NCBI RefSeq assembly: GCF_009914755.1
Contig: NC_060930.1
Strand: one strand, 5' to 3'
DNA length: 64,000 nucleotides
Source: the human T2T-CHM13v2.0 reference genome, Homo sapiens
The notes beneath the pieces are model-generated. The model saw only the letters and a program-made list of their open reading frames with translations. It was not told the origin of the DNA and did not search any database. This document shows, one piece after another, positions 1 through 16,500 of the stretch; position 1 is the stretch's first letter; the number at the start of each line of letters is the position of its first letter. Both the position numbers and the translations under genes were made by a program.

Positions 1-232
1 TTCTTATAAGAAAAGGAAGCAACATAAGAGCTCACTCTCTCCATGTGCTCACAGAGAAGAAGCCGCGTAAGGACACAGTAAGAAGGAAGCTGTCTGCAAG
101 CCAGGAAGAGAGCCCTCACCAGAAACTAACCCTGAGGGTGCCTTCATCTTAGACTTTTGGCCTTCAGAACTATGAGAAAATATGCCACTCAGGCTATGGT
201 ATTTTGTTATGGCAGCCCAAGCAGATGAAAGT
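1..232 (+). mobile_element. MaLR solo LTR, 3' part (MLT1A/MLT1B-like)
   Basis: MLT1-type motifs 'gctgtctgcaagccaggaagagagccctcaccagaa', 'gacttttggccttcagaactatgagaaaat' and 'ggtattttgttatggcagcccaagcaga'. Truncated by the window start. Confidence 0.8.
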
Positions 233-1635
233 GCAGACCCTCCTCTGCAATGTATCATTTGTACCAAAAGTAAACACCAATAAAAGTATGATTCCTAACC
301 CTGGAATGTTCTGGAGTGATAAGACATTCCCACTATGAAATTAATTTGCATTTTACTTAATGTGTGCTAGATGGCACTTTTGGAAGAGAGCCACAAATCA
401 GGGCTGCCGGTTCTGCTGCATGTGACAGCAGAGTGGTGAAACATTAAAGAGAGGGGAGCTCTCACCAGACCCAATGTCTCAACACTTGTTCCTCCTAGGA
501 TGTCCTCCACAGCAACAAAATTCTGAAAAATCTATTTGTTGCTCTTTCTAACACCTAGAACAGAAAAACATAAGAACTGAGAAAGGTTGGTTTGGGTGGC
601 AGGCAGTGAATTCACTAAGGTCCTTGTTCCCCCTTTGATGTCTCATGGTTCAATAACTCCTTTAGCGTGAGTGGACACAAATATCATTTCTGGAGCTGCC
701 AATATAATTGATAAAAAATAGCCAATATTACCAGATAAGCGTCTGACACCAGAATTCCCCTTAAGAAGGAAATTGGTTTTGTGTTCAGAAAAATACCCCA
801 TCAGGGTTTGGCCATAGCCAGTGACATGTCATGAGCTCCTGGAGTACAGCTGTTCAGTGGGAGACAAGGAGACAAATATGTCCTTTATTCTGGAAAGGGG
901 GTGGGAAGGGTGGTGACAGATAGAAGAAGAGACGAAGGCGAAGAAGACGGATGAGAGGTTTTGCCGATGGCTGCATGTGGTGCGATAGGACCCTTCCCTA
1001 AGACTCCTCGTATGTCCAGCAAAGTTAACATCCCCATGTGTATGGTGTGAGTGCATCTGTTATGAACTCAGGTGAAAGGTGAGGCTTATGCCTGGGCAGT
1101 GACTGAGGTAGCTCATGTTGTCGTGGTGGTGGAGACAGAAGGTGCCCGAGGCAAGTTAGCCATCAAGAATCAGGAGAATTCATGGTGAGGGGGCCAGGTT
1201 GCCACAGGTCTTTAAAAATTTAGTACCTACATCAAATTGACTTGCAAGGACCTTTGCTGACATTCAAACCACAGGAATAGAAGAGAGCCAGATGGTCCCA
1301 CATTTTTCAAACATTTGAATGGAGTGTGGAGGAATGTCCCTACTAAAATATTTTCAACCGAACCCCATCTCTCATCCTGAGCTTTATGCATCTACCCGGT
1401 TGTTTTTTCCAGGAAGTTTGAGTCCATTAGAGGCAAAGTGAGAGATGAGAACCATGTTAGGCTGCAGAAAGGGACACTAAGAAAGCCACAGAGATGCAGA
1501 AAATAATGACGCAGGAAGCCTGACTTATAGTAGGCAGCCATAAAGCTGGCAGGGGTGACCATCATTTGTCAGGTAAAATAGTCTCTCAAAGCTCCAACTG
1601 GTTTCTGCATTCAGAGCTAAGGAATCACTCATCTG

Positions 1636-1946
<311 letters not shown>

Positions 1947-3912
1947 ATCCCTCATCTGCCCTGCAGCCACAGCACACACAAAATCATCCACCATATTCAG
2001 ACATATGGAGCCAACTGGCTATTGGTCTGAGATGATGCATCACTTTCCTAGATCTTTTCATCCTCCCTTCAGTCTTTGCTGACAGCAATTTTCTGAGGCT
2101 TCGGTGCAGCTTCTTCCTATGTATAATAATATGACATGATTTTTAAATGGTGGTATCATTCTAAACTTTGGAAAAATAGAATTAGGAAGGATTGAGATGG
2201 TGTAGGGCTGGTAGTCTTGCACTGAGCTACCAATAAGGACAGAGACAATCTTTCTGACTCCTGACATTTATTTTTTGTGCCTCTCCTGGTAGATGGTCCC
2301 GACCAGCTTTTAATCCAATACAGGAGTACAGAAAGGCAAGCAGTGTCTCTGTTTAGATGCTTCTCTTTCACCTCTCATCTCTGCAGACCTCTCTGCAAGC
2401 AAAAAAGTTTGACCTCTTTCTTTCCAAGAGTAATTACAGCTCCTATCAATTTTTCCATAAGAAGATAGATATGAAAAAAAAAAGTGAAAACTTGATGGAG
2501 CAAGACTTGGGGTTGAATACAAATGTCACTTCCTCACCTCTCTTTCACATTTCTCTTAACTATAATGAACACACTCCCTTGGAGGCAGAAACCTAAGGCT
2601 AGTTGTGACAGAAATTGATATCAAGCAATTCAGGTTCATTGGCACACAAGTGTTATGATTCCATTTCAGGAGACAAGAGGTACCCAGGGAGTCTTCTTGT
2701 TTCGTTATAGTCTTATCTCCACCCTTCACTAAGTTTACTTAATTGGAAATTAGAATTGAAATTATGAGGAAAAGGATTTTTCTTTCCCCTTTAGGGCCAT
2801 CACCTAGTATATATTTATCACAGTGTCCCCTTACAGAAAGATGGAAGGGGCTAGGAGAGAGACAATGCTTCCCTGGAGGCGAACGAATACATTAGGGTTT
2901 TATCTTTCCGACAGACACAGGCACTGGGAATATATGCAGAAACCTCCGGAGGTATTAATATGGAGCTAGGCAGACAGAAACATTCTGGCAACTGGCTTCT
3001 TTCTATTGAAGTTGTGATCATGTTGAAAGCCTGGCTTCATAGTGAAATTGGTCACCAGCTATCAAACATCTCATCACGGCAAAAAGAAGGGAGACTATGG
3101 ATGAGGGCTATATGTGGCTCACAGGCACAATGTCAGAGAGACCCAAAACAGGATCGGGGAGGCAGAATCCAGAGACTGGAGGAAGCCCACAATGACTTCC
3201 CTTCCCTTGACCTCTGATGCTCTTGATCTCTCCTCTACTCCACCACTGGAGACTGATAGGACCAGGATTTCCGGACTGAGTAAAAACCAGCCATGCTGGG
3301 AAGTAAACACTTTATTGGAAATACGAAAGGGAAAATAAAGCATAACAAATATAATAAAGCATAGCAAATATAATGTGGATAAAACAAAATCAAATGTTCA
3401 GATGTAGGAAAATAATCCATAGAAACATAGTACTCCTCCTTCACTGGTTTCATACATGACCAATAACCAGTTTTGCCTGATACAGATGACATGAGACAGC
3501 ACCAGGAGTGTCACTGAGATGGAAGGTGACAGCTTTTGGAAATATTTACTGTGGTTTGCCAACAAGAAACACCCCACTGTTTTCCTAAAACTCACGGAGT
3601 TCAAGGTCGGCCTGTTGTGCTTGAAAGAACGCTTGGTAGAAATCCCTGCTTGTTAGCTGACACAAAAGACAGACATTTTCAAACGAGAAGGAGACATGCA
3701 ACTGGGCATTGCTCATCTACTTTGATAGACATTCAGGAAAACAACATTGCCCAGCATGTAGAAATAAAGCCTGCTTGACTTTTACCATTGGAGTCCTCAG
3801 CGTTTGACATTTTTAAAGTAGTTCAGCATCTTAGCCAGGTCAGTCAGAGAATAAACCCATGGGCACAGAAATCCAGAAAGCCTTGTTGGTGGCTATTTTT
3901 AAAAATCATGGG

Positions 3913-4384
<472 letters not shown>

Positions 4385-4471
4385 TAATTTCCCACATGCT
4401 GTTGGAACTCAGCGGTCGTCCTGTGCCCAGCAAAGGATAGTTTTCACTGGTACCACATCCCCTTCCTTCTC

Positions 4472-4881
4472 TGTTAGAGGCTGAATTGTGTCTCCCCAGA
4501 ATTAAAGTGTTGGAGCCCTGACTCCTAGGACCTGAGGATGTGATTGTATTTGAGATAGGGCCTTCATAGAGAGGATTAAGTTAAAATTAGGCCGTTCAAA
4601 TGGGCTCCAATGCAACCTGACAAGTGCCCTAAGAGGAGGAAATTGGATTAATAGAGAGCCACTGGGGTTGTGTGTGCACACAGGGATGGCCATGTGCAGA
4701 GATGGCCCAAGGGCAGCCACCTGCAAGCCAAGGAGAGAGGCCTCAGGGGACACCAGCCCTGCTGGCACTTTGATCTTGGACTTCCAGCCTCTTGAACTGT
4801 GAGAAAACAAATTTCTGTTGTCTAAATCATCAGAATCACCAGTCTGTGATACTTTCTACGGCAGCCCTGGCAAACTAACAC
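4472..4881 (+). mobile_element. MaLR solo LTR (MLT1B-like)
   Basis: Starts tgttagaggctgaattgtgtctcccca. Contains 'gtatttgagatagggcct' and 'ttgatcttggacttccagcct'. Ends gcaaactaaca. Confidence 0.85.
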
Positions 4882-7800
4882 ATTCTCTTTTTAAGAGCCT
4901 TTATTTCCTTCTCTTTCTCCCTTCTGTTTATTGTCTTCCGTATGAGGATACAATTTAAAGAAAATATCTCAAATTTGCTTATACTAAATTATAAATCATC
5001 TTGAAATGTCCCCTTTCCCTGAGCTATGCTGCTTGAATTAAATTAAAACAATCCCTGCCATGATGCTCAGGAGTGAAGAAGATGTAAGTGAGTGGCCAGG
5101 CACCAAGAAAGATGCAGTGGATGCTGCTCCATAGTAAGCAGACCCTCAACATCAGCTCTCCGCCTCTGGTTTGCCCTGGAGCCTTAGGCTAGAGGTCCAG
5201 GCATGCACTGGGAAACTGACCTGTGTTTCCTGGCACACTATGAATGAAGTACCAGGCCTGGATGTGGGATGCCAGAGCCCTTATTTAAAATCTTCCCCTA
5301 TTGTTGAAAAACTCCAGTGGCCCCCAATCTCTCCCCTCATCTTCATTACAAGGAATCCTCAGCAGAAAATAAAGGAAATGATGCATTTCAAGGTCCAAGG
5401 AACCTCGACTCAGGCAGTTTGAAATATAAAAGACATCAAAAATGTGAATAATGGCAAGTCCAGGAGTGGAGGAAACTTCAGGTTGATTTCATGACTCCGG
5501 CTGTTCTCCCTCTCTTTCGCTTTCTTCAGCAACAACTTCATTCTAGCAGCAACCAGAAGAAAAGGAGAGTGTGATTTCCTGTAGCTTTTTCTTAGGAACA
5601 AGAAAACTTCTTAGAAGTTTCCTGGAGGATTTTCCACTGCATGTCAGTTTCTGTAAATAAAGAAGGCTGCAGGAGGAAATGGATGCCAGGTAGTGACTAA
5701 TAATATGCACTACCTTGTCCTCTACTTCTCAGTTATTACCATATTTGAGAATCAAGCAGAACAATAAAGGATAATAGGAAATGGTGTATTGGGTTAGGCC
5801 ATTTGGTGGTTCAAGAGCTTATAGCTACCTCCAGCAAAGGAGTTACCATGAGACCAATGGCATAAAGAGAGATTGAACTACCAGAAAAACACCAGAGTTT
5901 TACTTGAAGACCCAAGGCAGGTCCACGATCCAGCTAGCCTAACTTATTCCACCTTGGTGACTATGCTTCTTTTTGTTCTCTGCTTGTCTTTGTGTATTTT
6001 ATTTTTATTTCTCTCACTACCCACCCACTAGTTAATTCTCTCTTACTTCCCCACGCCAATTCTATGTAGAAACAGTCTGTGTGACCTGCCTAAGCAGCAC
6101 CTTTTGCTCTTTATCTCTGAACTGCTCCTGCCTAGCCTATAGCCAGGTAGCCCTTAGGTCAAGGGTCCACTCTGACCCCATCAGTCTTCACCTCTCCCTC
6201 TTCAGAAGAGGTCTGAGGGCAGAGCAAGAATATTGGCATATTTAGTATAGTTATTACACATCTCCCTTATGCTAAGAGCAAGTCTGTATTTAAATTCTCT
6301 TAAATGCGATTAACACCAAAAAAGGAAAGGGTGTTATGGTCCAAATAAAAATTAAATACAAGTCTAATGTCATTATCTTAAGTAATGTGGCATGTTCATT
6401 TCAGTGTGTAAGGAGGGAGAAATGTGAAAGGGCAGGGACAATAATTGTTCGTGCTTACATTTTACCTACTAGACTTTCATTAGATTTTCAGTTACTGTAC
6501 TACTAAAGCATATTGGTGTATTTAAGGATATTAACTAAGTCTCCAAGCCCTTCATGTTCACTGTTATCTAAGTGCTGTTCTTTCAAACATCATCATAAAG
6601 TGCAGAAAAAGGGAATAATGATGCAATAATGTAAAAAATCCTGGTCCATATACTGTTCCTGCAGAATCCTCAGCCACCACCCAAGTGGGCTTACCACGAA
6701 TGAGCTTTAGCTTCTCTCTCTTCCTCTCTGTCTCCCCCTTGTTCTATGACCTCAAGAAAAATCAAAAGAGATAAATGGGAACTAAGGATGCAACTCCATC
6801 ATTATTGTACCTCAAATCCTTCTCAAGACATTTACTGAGAGTTTGTTACTGTGCAGAGCCACTAAAATGCTTACTTTGACAAGATTTCCTATCTTGCCTA
6901 ACTGGAGAGAATAAATGCAAGACAAGGAAGGCACCAGCAGAAAAATCCACAAATGCAAGAATGGAGCAGGAGGAGAAAAATCATCTGTTGAAATTCAGGA
7001 GCAGGTGTCAGTAGACGTGGCAGTGGAAGATTTTCAAAGGGGAAAATTATGTTAAACTCAGCACAGACAGAGACAGGTCTTACACATGTTTACTCACTGC
7101 AGAGAAGAGGAATATTCTGGACACGGAGCAGACAATCAAGAAATCCTTAATCAACAGAGGAATAGGTGTGAGCCACCATGAGTCGAGTTATAAGGGCTAC
7201 TGCTGTAATTATAAGTTCAATGGCAATGATTAAGAGTGATTGTTTTGTAGTAATAAATGAAAACTTAAGTTGACGTTTAGGGGATCAGTCAGAAAATGAT
7301 TGGAATGAAGGCTAGAAAAGTCTGAAGCTGAATGAGCAAAAGAGAAGTGTGAACTCAAGTGGACAGAGTTCATCAAAGCTTAAGATAAAGAAAAGCTCAG
7401 TGGGAGAATGAGAGTCATATCATGATGTGGCAGAAATGAAGCCAGACCAGTGAAGGGGGCCTGGTGTGGTCTGATAAGCATAGTCTATTGAGACCACTTG
7501 TGCTAGAGACAGTCTGAAGCAAAAAACGTCAGAGATAAGGAGATACCACAATACATGAAAATCATGTGGCACAGTGTCTTGCATCTAGGGAGAACATAAT
7601 AATATTAGTTATTATCAATATTGCACTAAATTGTCAGTATCTCAGTAATTACCAGACTTTTAGCCTTTAATTTTTTTGTGAACATGTACCCATGTACTTA
7701 GGTAGCTATTTCTTTTCCTATTGGCTACTGTGCATATCTGTGTAATCCTGAAATAGATGCATGACTTTTTCTATGCTGCAAATATGCCTATTACAGCTAT

Positions 7801-8589
7801 TATGATTGCCTAGGGAAGTCTTATGTAATAAAAAATGCTGTCTTTTCTCTGTGTTAATGCAGTGAAAAGACTTACATATACATTTTTATTTTTCAGCAGG
7901 TAGAGAAAAAACACATACAATTGAAACATTAAAGTCTTCCTGCCATTATTCCATCATGTCCACTTTTCCATGGTGACTATCAAATGCTTTCTTGTCCCTG
8001 CTTGCTCACTAGCAATTAATTGCTTAGTCCAGTTGATGCCTTGCTTTTTAACACATTCATGCTCACTTGTGAATACATTAGATATACGGAAAAGCTGGTG
8101 AAAAATCCTTGGATTTTTGTATTAAAAAGTCAATAAAAAGAGATTTCCTTAGGCAGCACATCAAATCTAGCTGAAGTGGCCATCTGCTTCTCCCTGATGA
8201 TAGATGGCCACTCAGAATGAATTGTGGTCCTAAGTAGATATTCAAGAAATTTATTTGGAAATTGGATGCTGCCTCTAATCGTATTTTTCCTTAGCTTTTC
8301 TCTTTTACATCTTCCACATAAATAGTATGATTTTTAAGACACTTTTAAAGAAACTTCCAAATTAAAAATAAACCCATGAGAGTAACACATTTGCAATTAG
8401 AGGATCAAGTCTTACTCAGCCAAGTAATCTTTATCTTGACATCTGCTTTCAGATTGAGCACAGCGTTGTACAGTTTCCCTTGAAAGACTCCATTAAAATA
8501 TTAGTAAAGGGATTTTAAAGAGCTATAAACCCACAAGGTAAAAAGAATGGAAAGAAAGCTACCAGCCGATGCAATATTTCAACAAATGT

Positions 8590-9304
<715 letters not shown>

Positions 9305-9494
9305 TATAATGACTGACGAAGCAGGGAAATGAAAACTGTAAATGGAAGTGACTGAAGCTCAAAAGGGGCTGATTGTTCTCTCTCTGCCAACAAAAAGCCA
9401 CACACACACCCCCCCCGCCCCACACAGACCTGTTCTTATTCCTAAGCACAGAACACTTGGAAGCCAGAATATTGCTACCCTATGTCAGAATTTA

Positions 9495-9860
9495 TGGTGG
9501 ACAGACACTAAGTGATTTCCAATGATCACTTTCTAGTATTCACATCCTTGTATAATCCCTCCCCTTGCATGTGGCAAGATCTGTAACTTGTTTCTAACTA
9601 CTTGGCTATAGCAAAGGTTGCAAGATATCACTTCTGTGGTTCTATTACCTTAAGACTTTGTTTTTCAAGAAGACTGTATCCAGAGATTCTCCTTGTGAAC
9701 ATAATGAAATAAGCAGACATGCCAAGGAAGACCACATAGCAAGGAATCGCAGTTGACTTCTTAGAAATAAGAATGACCTCTAAGTGAATTCTACCAACAG
9801 TCTGAATGAGTTCAAAAGCAAATTCTTCCCCAGTTGAATCTCCAGATGATAACTGATTTT
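9495..9860 (+). mobile_element. MaLR LTR fragment (MLT1F/G-like)
   Basis: 'tattcacatccttgtataatccctccccttg', 'ctgtaacttgtttctaac', 'aattctaccaacagtctgaatgag' and 'tcttccccagttgaatctccagatg'. Confidence 0.6.
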
Positions 9861-10516
9861 TAAAAAATTCACCAATGGCATGATCCTCTTGAAGTATATA
9901 TAAAACCTACAAAAAGCAGCCGGAAATAAAAAGTGACCCTTGCTAGGTTGTAGTATACAAGATCAACATACAAAGATTAACTATATTTCTATAAACAAGT
10001 AACAAACAATTGAAAACAATTTTAAAACAAATTTGAAAAAATTTATAAGCAGTATCATTTTACATTGCATAACAAATATAAAATGCCTAGGTATCAAGTT
10101 GACAAAAGTTGTGCAAGAAACTGTGTACAGAATGAGACATTGCTGAGAGAAACTACAGAACACCTAAACAATTTAAGTGATATACCATGTTCATAAATCA
10201 GAAGAAAATTTTCTTCTGATGTCCATTGTCCTCAAGTTAATTTGCAGATTAAATACAATCCCAGTCAAAATACCAGCACAATTTTTCTGTAGAAATTGAT
10301 AAGCTGATTCTAATATTAATGTGGAAACACAATGCCAAGTATACAGAATAGTCTTTGAAAAGGAAGAACAAAGTTGGAGGACTTCTACCTGATTTCAAAT
10401 CTTAAAGTAAAATCTATAATAACCAAGAAAGTGTGTATTGGCATAATGATAGCTCAATAGATTGATGGAACTGGATCCATTCAAGAAATAGACTCAAACA
10501 TATGGGGGCAATTGAC

Positions 10517-10807
<291 letters not shown>

Positions 10808-11289
10808 GGCAATTGACTTTTGACAAAATTGCAAAGACAATCCAATGGAGAAAGGATAGTCTTTTCAAGAACTGATGATGGGACAATTGGATATGAAGAT
10901 GCAAAAAAAATTAACACTGTAAATAAAAAATTAACACAAAATAAATTATAATTCTTAATGTAAAACCATAAGCTAGAAACTTCTATAAAAAAGCATGCAA
11001 GAAATATTGGTAACCTTGGGTTAGGCAATTCGTTTATTAGATATGGCACTAATAACACAATCAATAAAAGAAAAAATTGATAATATAGTCTTTATCAAAA
11101 TTAACACTTCTGCTGTTATAAACATACTGTTAAGAGGATGAAAACATTAGTGATAAAGAGAAAAAAAGTATTTTCAAATAACCTGTTTGATTAAAAAAAA
11201 ACAAACAAAAAACACTTGTATCCAGAATATATAAAGAATCCTGGCCCGGCGCAAGTAAACTGATTCTTATATTAGTTAAACAATTAGTT

Positions 11290-11592
<303 letters not shown>

Positions 11593-12034
11593 CTAGGAAC
11601 ACAGTAATAGGAACAAACAAAACAAAACCCAATAAAGATGTGCAAAAGATTTGAAACAGCACTTTACCAAAATAGGTATATGGATGACAAACAAGGCTGT
11701 GAAAAGTAGCTTAACGTCATTAGTTGTTAGAACAATATAAACTGAAACCCTAATAAGATACCATTACAAATCTATTCAAATAGCAAAAATTAAAAAGACT
11801 GACTGTACCAAGCATTGCTGGGACTATGGAGCAAACTTCTCTGGCGGAAAAGAATATGTTCATGATTTTGACTGTGGTGATGGTTTCCTGGCACATATGT
11901 TTGTCAGTATATATGGTTGTTAATATTTTCTCTGCTTCTAAATGCTTCCTTTTGGTAAAGTTTCTTCTTCCCATTTCATAGGATTCTGATAAGCCTGACA
12001 ATCAAAGGGGCACCTCAACCTCTCTGCCAAGTGA

Positions 12035-12358
<324 letters not shown>

Positions 12359-12399
12359 ACAGAGACCTTTTTGTAGATTGATTCTGATGTTGGAAGGAA

Positions 12400-12670
12400 G
12401 AGAGCCCAGCTCTTGAGAGCCTAGTGCTGTTGAGGCATTGAGGGTCCTCTTTGCCACGTAGAGAGTGTTGGTTTAAAGAAAACCCATGGAAAAAAGCAGG
12501 GGGAAACAGAGGGCAAAGGGAAAGTAAATCCCCCTGACATTGTTTGAATCCCCAGATTCAGCCATTCCTGAAGCCAGCCATTACCTTGAATTTCCCAAAT
12601 AAATGAACTCCAAAATTCCCCTTTTAGGCTTAAGATAGTCTGAATCGAGCTTCCGTCACCACAATGAAAA
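12400..12670 (+). mobile_element. Degenerate MaLR LTR (MLT1J/K-like)
   Basis: 'gattcagccattcctgaagccag ... ccttttaggcttaagatagtctgaat' resembles the 3' end of old MLT1 LTRs. Confidence 0.45.
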
Positions 12671-13326
12671 GAAGATTCATAAAATGCTGAATCTGAATTT
12701 GTGTCACTACAGGATGGAATCTCATAATCATGGTGACACACTGTCTTACTGAATGTCTTAGTATGCAAACGTCAGTCCAGGGAAAGTGTAGTTTTGGAAG
12801 GTAATGTGCAATAAGTAAACTAAGAGCAATGCAGACACACCGGATATTACACCAATGTGTTTTTTAAATACATAATACAGGGAAACAGAGATGTCAAATA
12901 ATTTAAGAATAATTCAGAAGCCTGCCTGAAGAATGACATTGTAATGTCCTTTGGAGACAACAGAAGAACACAGAGTAGAATTGTCAAGAGTGGGTCCTGT
13001 CAGACTGACCTAGCTTGCATTTCTGAATAAAATGCCTGCCAGATAGATTAATGGGGAATTTACCACAACTGAACATTCCAGACAGTCCAGCTTCACTGTT
13101 TGACCTTGGTAGAGGTGCATGTTCCCTTGGGCCCTCAACTTCCTCATCTGTGAAATGAGACAATTTCAACATTTGTGTTCTTCAATTCCATAACTTAAAA
13201 AAAGGGGGGGGATGGGGAAGAAAGATGTCTGGCTGATGGGCTGGGGGTGGTGGGATAAAGATTTCCCCCCCGCCACCCCACTGGAGAGATCTACCAGGGT
13301 CCTTGAAGGCTGAACCATCCTCCAGG

Positions 13327-13546
13327 TAGTGGTCCCTTGACCTTGGCACTATGACATTTTGAGCTGGATAATTCTTTGCTGTGAGGGTTGCCTTGGGCAT
13401 TGTAGGATGCTCGGTAGCATCTCTGGTCTCTACCTACTCTATACTAGTAACAACTCTCCCATCCCCAGTTTCGTAACAGCCCAAAATATTTCCAGACAAA
13501 GTCAATGTCCCCTGGGAGGCAAAATCCTTCCCACTTGAGAACTTCT
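13327..13546. mobile_element. MER20 (hAT-Charlie MITE)
   Basis: 'ccttggcactatgacattttgagctggataattctttg ... cattgtaggatg ... tccagaca ... aatgtcccctgggaggcaaaat ... ttgagaac' matches the recalled MER20 consensus. Confidence 0.85.
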
Positions 13547-16500
13547 AGAGGCTTAGTGATGGAGAGGAGTGTTCAGCGTGGGGATGCTGTCAAGGAAGCA
13601 ATGAGGCAGGTGGTAGTGGCATCTTAAAAAACAAGATCACAAAGGATCTTGGGGACTTAGGGAGAGTGGTCAGAAGCAAACAGCCTGGTGTTCAATAAGG
13701 TCCAGCCAAAGATAGGGCACTTAGGAAAAACAAAGTGCACTCCCTTAGAATGGGGAACACACACCTGAGTGTGACGGTGCAGGGTAAGAGCATGGCGTAT
13801 CAGAGAAGAACAGATTCAACTGCAAAAAACAAGTGGCAAAGAGGCAATCATGATTTGGGGTGTGGAAGAGGTCATTTTTAATGGCAAATTGGAAGGTTCT
13901 CTGTGGGTCTAAACTGGCTGCATCCTGGTCATGAGCCTGTGCTGAACAGGCCTCTGCTACCCCAGCCCTAGAGACCTAGGGGAAGTGATTGAAATATTGT
14001 CACACAGGAGCTGAGAAGGTAGGCTCCTCGAGCTAGAGAAGAGGGGACTGAGATTGCCTGATTTGGATGGATCGCTAAATTCAGCCTGGAGAAAACAGGG
14101 CCCACTGGCTGAGAGGGTTTCTGGTCTCTACTCCTTCCACCCCACCTCTTGGGGGGGAAGTTCTTCTTTTTCTTCCATTTGTCATTATTATTTGTACATT
14201 GAAAATTCACTTTGGCCCATTTCATCTTTGTTCCTTTCTCCTGATCATTTTGCTCACATTAAGGGGCTGACTTACTCCTGTTAAGTCTATGTAGAGGGTA
14301 TTGAATTGGACCCTTATGTTTAATTTTCTCAACCTCTTTGTCTGGAGTCCTGTCTTGTGCTTGTTGAATGGCACGGGCAATTTAGTTAAAGGTTACTTGG
14401 GATGTTGAGTAAGAACTATGTCTTTGAGTACACACAAATATTACAAACAAACAAACAAACAAAAGAAACAGTTGTTGAATCTGCTCTCTCTCTCTCTCTT
14501 TTTATAGACATTATGAATCCTTATCTCAACAAGGAGGACCGGCAAAGGGTGGGAAAGATAAATAACTAAATGTAAGAGCATGTCAGGGCTATGGGAAATC
14601 AAGAATCACAGAATAGTTTGCTTCTGAGAGACAAAAGATATGGTGTGTCAACAAAAAGGGGCATGGAGTCTGAAGTTCCAGACATGGCTGTGGGGGTGGC
14701 ATGTAGGAGTTGGTTGCAAATTTCTTTGCCTTAAGCTGAGACTTCAGGGAAAATGTAATTCTTATTCTCCCTGCATTAGTGATCATTTTTAGACCCCTTG
14801 CTCACTAAATAGCAGGAGGGATAAGATGTGTGTGTGTAAGGGGGGAGGATTGATTTAATCCAATCCAGCAGTCTTAGTATGCTAAAGATAGCGTATTTCT
14901 CTGATTATATAAATAATTCAGGCTCATGGTAGGAAATCCAAATGATACATAAGAGTAAAGAAGAAAGTAAAAATCACTTGAAATTCTGCCATTCTTCAGC
15001 AGCCACCAAGCACATGTTGCTGACCATCCTTTTGCTGATTCAGTAATTTGAACAGTCTCTCTGGGTTGAATGCTTGAATTCAGATCTTGTTGCCCCTGTT
15101 TCTCTTCAAAGCGATGCTGTCTGGGTGCACAAAGAGACTTCCTGGGACTTCCTCCCAGCAGAGGGAAGGGGGCCTCAGATCTGCCTCCTCTAGTCTCTGC
15201 AGCATGGTTTCTTACCCCTAGTTCCTGCTACCATTCATAGCTGAAGTTGGAGGCTTGTGTAATTCATGGTTACATCTTCCCTGCCTTGGCCAGAGTCCTT
15301 GTTTAATTGGGCTCCCCTGAGCTCCTGACCCTTCTGAGTCTCTGGCACATTCTTTCTTTGGCTCTCTTACCTCAAGATAGGCTGAATGCAAGCCCTGTGA
15401 TGCTGCTTGAGCTTTTTTCCCATGACACCAGAGAGCAGGAAGAAGTTCTGCTACCTGTCCATGAAGAGAGGACAGCTTCTAGATGATCTGTTTCAGAATC
15501 CAATAGGATTTGAATTTCTATTCAAAAGTCCACTGCTCAAGTCATTCCCCTCAACGTGTCTGTACCACCTTCTATGCTCTTGCCCAACACCTGGAGCAGT
15601 GACACTGGCTCTGTGGCATCACTGTCTCTCATACCCCACCGCTTCTGCTTCTTTCCTGTCTTCACTGTTCTGTTCTGCAGGGCTGGGAAGGGTAAGCCTC
15701 TCCCTCTCATCGTCAACACTACTCCCTCTCCTTTCCCAGAAGGTATCATGCAGGATGGGGTGAAAAGAGAGATGCACTGGCTTACCCATCAGGGAAATAC
15801 CATGCTTGTTGAGAGGTGCCAATAAGAGGATGGTTTTGAGCCTCATGATGGCCCCACTGAAGAGAGAATGAAAGGAAATGGATTACTTCCCCCAGATGAT
15901 CAGGTTTTCTATAGCATTCATGAAGGTTACACGATTTCTCCCTCTCCAGAAGTTTTAAAATGAGACCTCTCAGATTTCATAAATCTGCCTCATTCCCTTT
16001 CCTATCAAGGGAAGATGCTCCTGCTTTGTCCCTAAGACGCTATGGTCATCAGATAAGTTGGTGGTTTCTCAGGCACCACGTGGGGAGTAGCTGGAATTAT
16101 TCACACTCTAACCCCTTGCACGTGGCTCAGTGCCTGGCACACAGTTGGCTCTCTGCAAACACTGTTGCAGAAGAATGGAAAAAAAAATGATGGATAAGTT
16201 CTGTTCTACATAGCTAAAGTTTATTTTGTTTGAAGACTGAAGAACAAAGGAGACACCCCTCCAAGGTCATGGATGATTCTGTGAGTCTGTGTACACATTC
16301 CCATGGCTAGACAGCATTATATTAAAATCTGTCAATGTTTGTATGCTGTCCACCAAGCTGGCTACTGTGCTAGGTACTGACATCTGTAAACATGTAATTT
16401 ATATTCTTCTGTCACCTGCATTACACTGAAGGAACATCCCTCAGTTTCACAGAAATTAGTTATCCCATAGGCTGGATGGATGATGAATAGGTGGCTTTTT

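Noticed and set aside
8194-8270. C-box-like tgatga suggesting a C/D snoRNA
   Set aside because: No appropriately placed CTGA D box with a terminal stem.
13425-13450. CTCF site often carried by MER20
   Set aside because: The motif is decayed in this copy (acctactctatactag).
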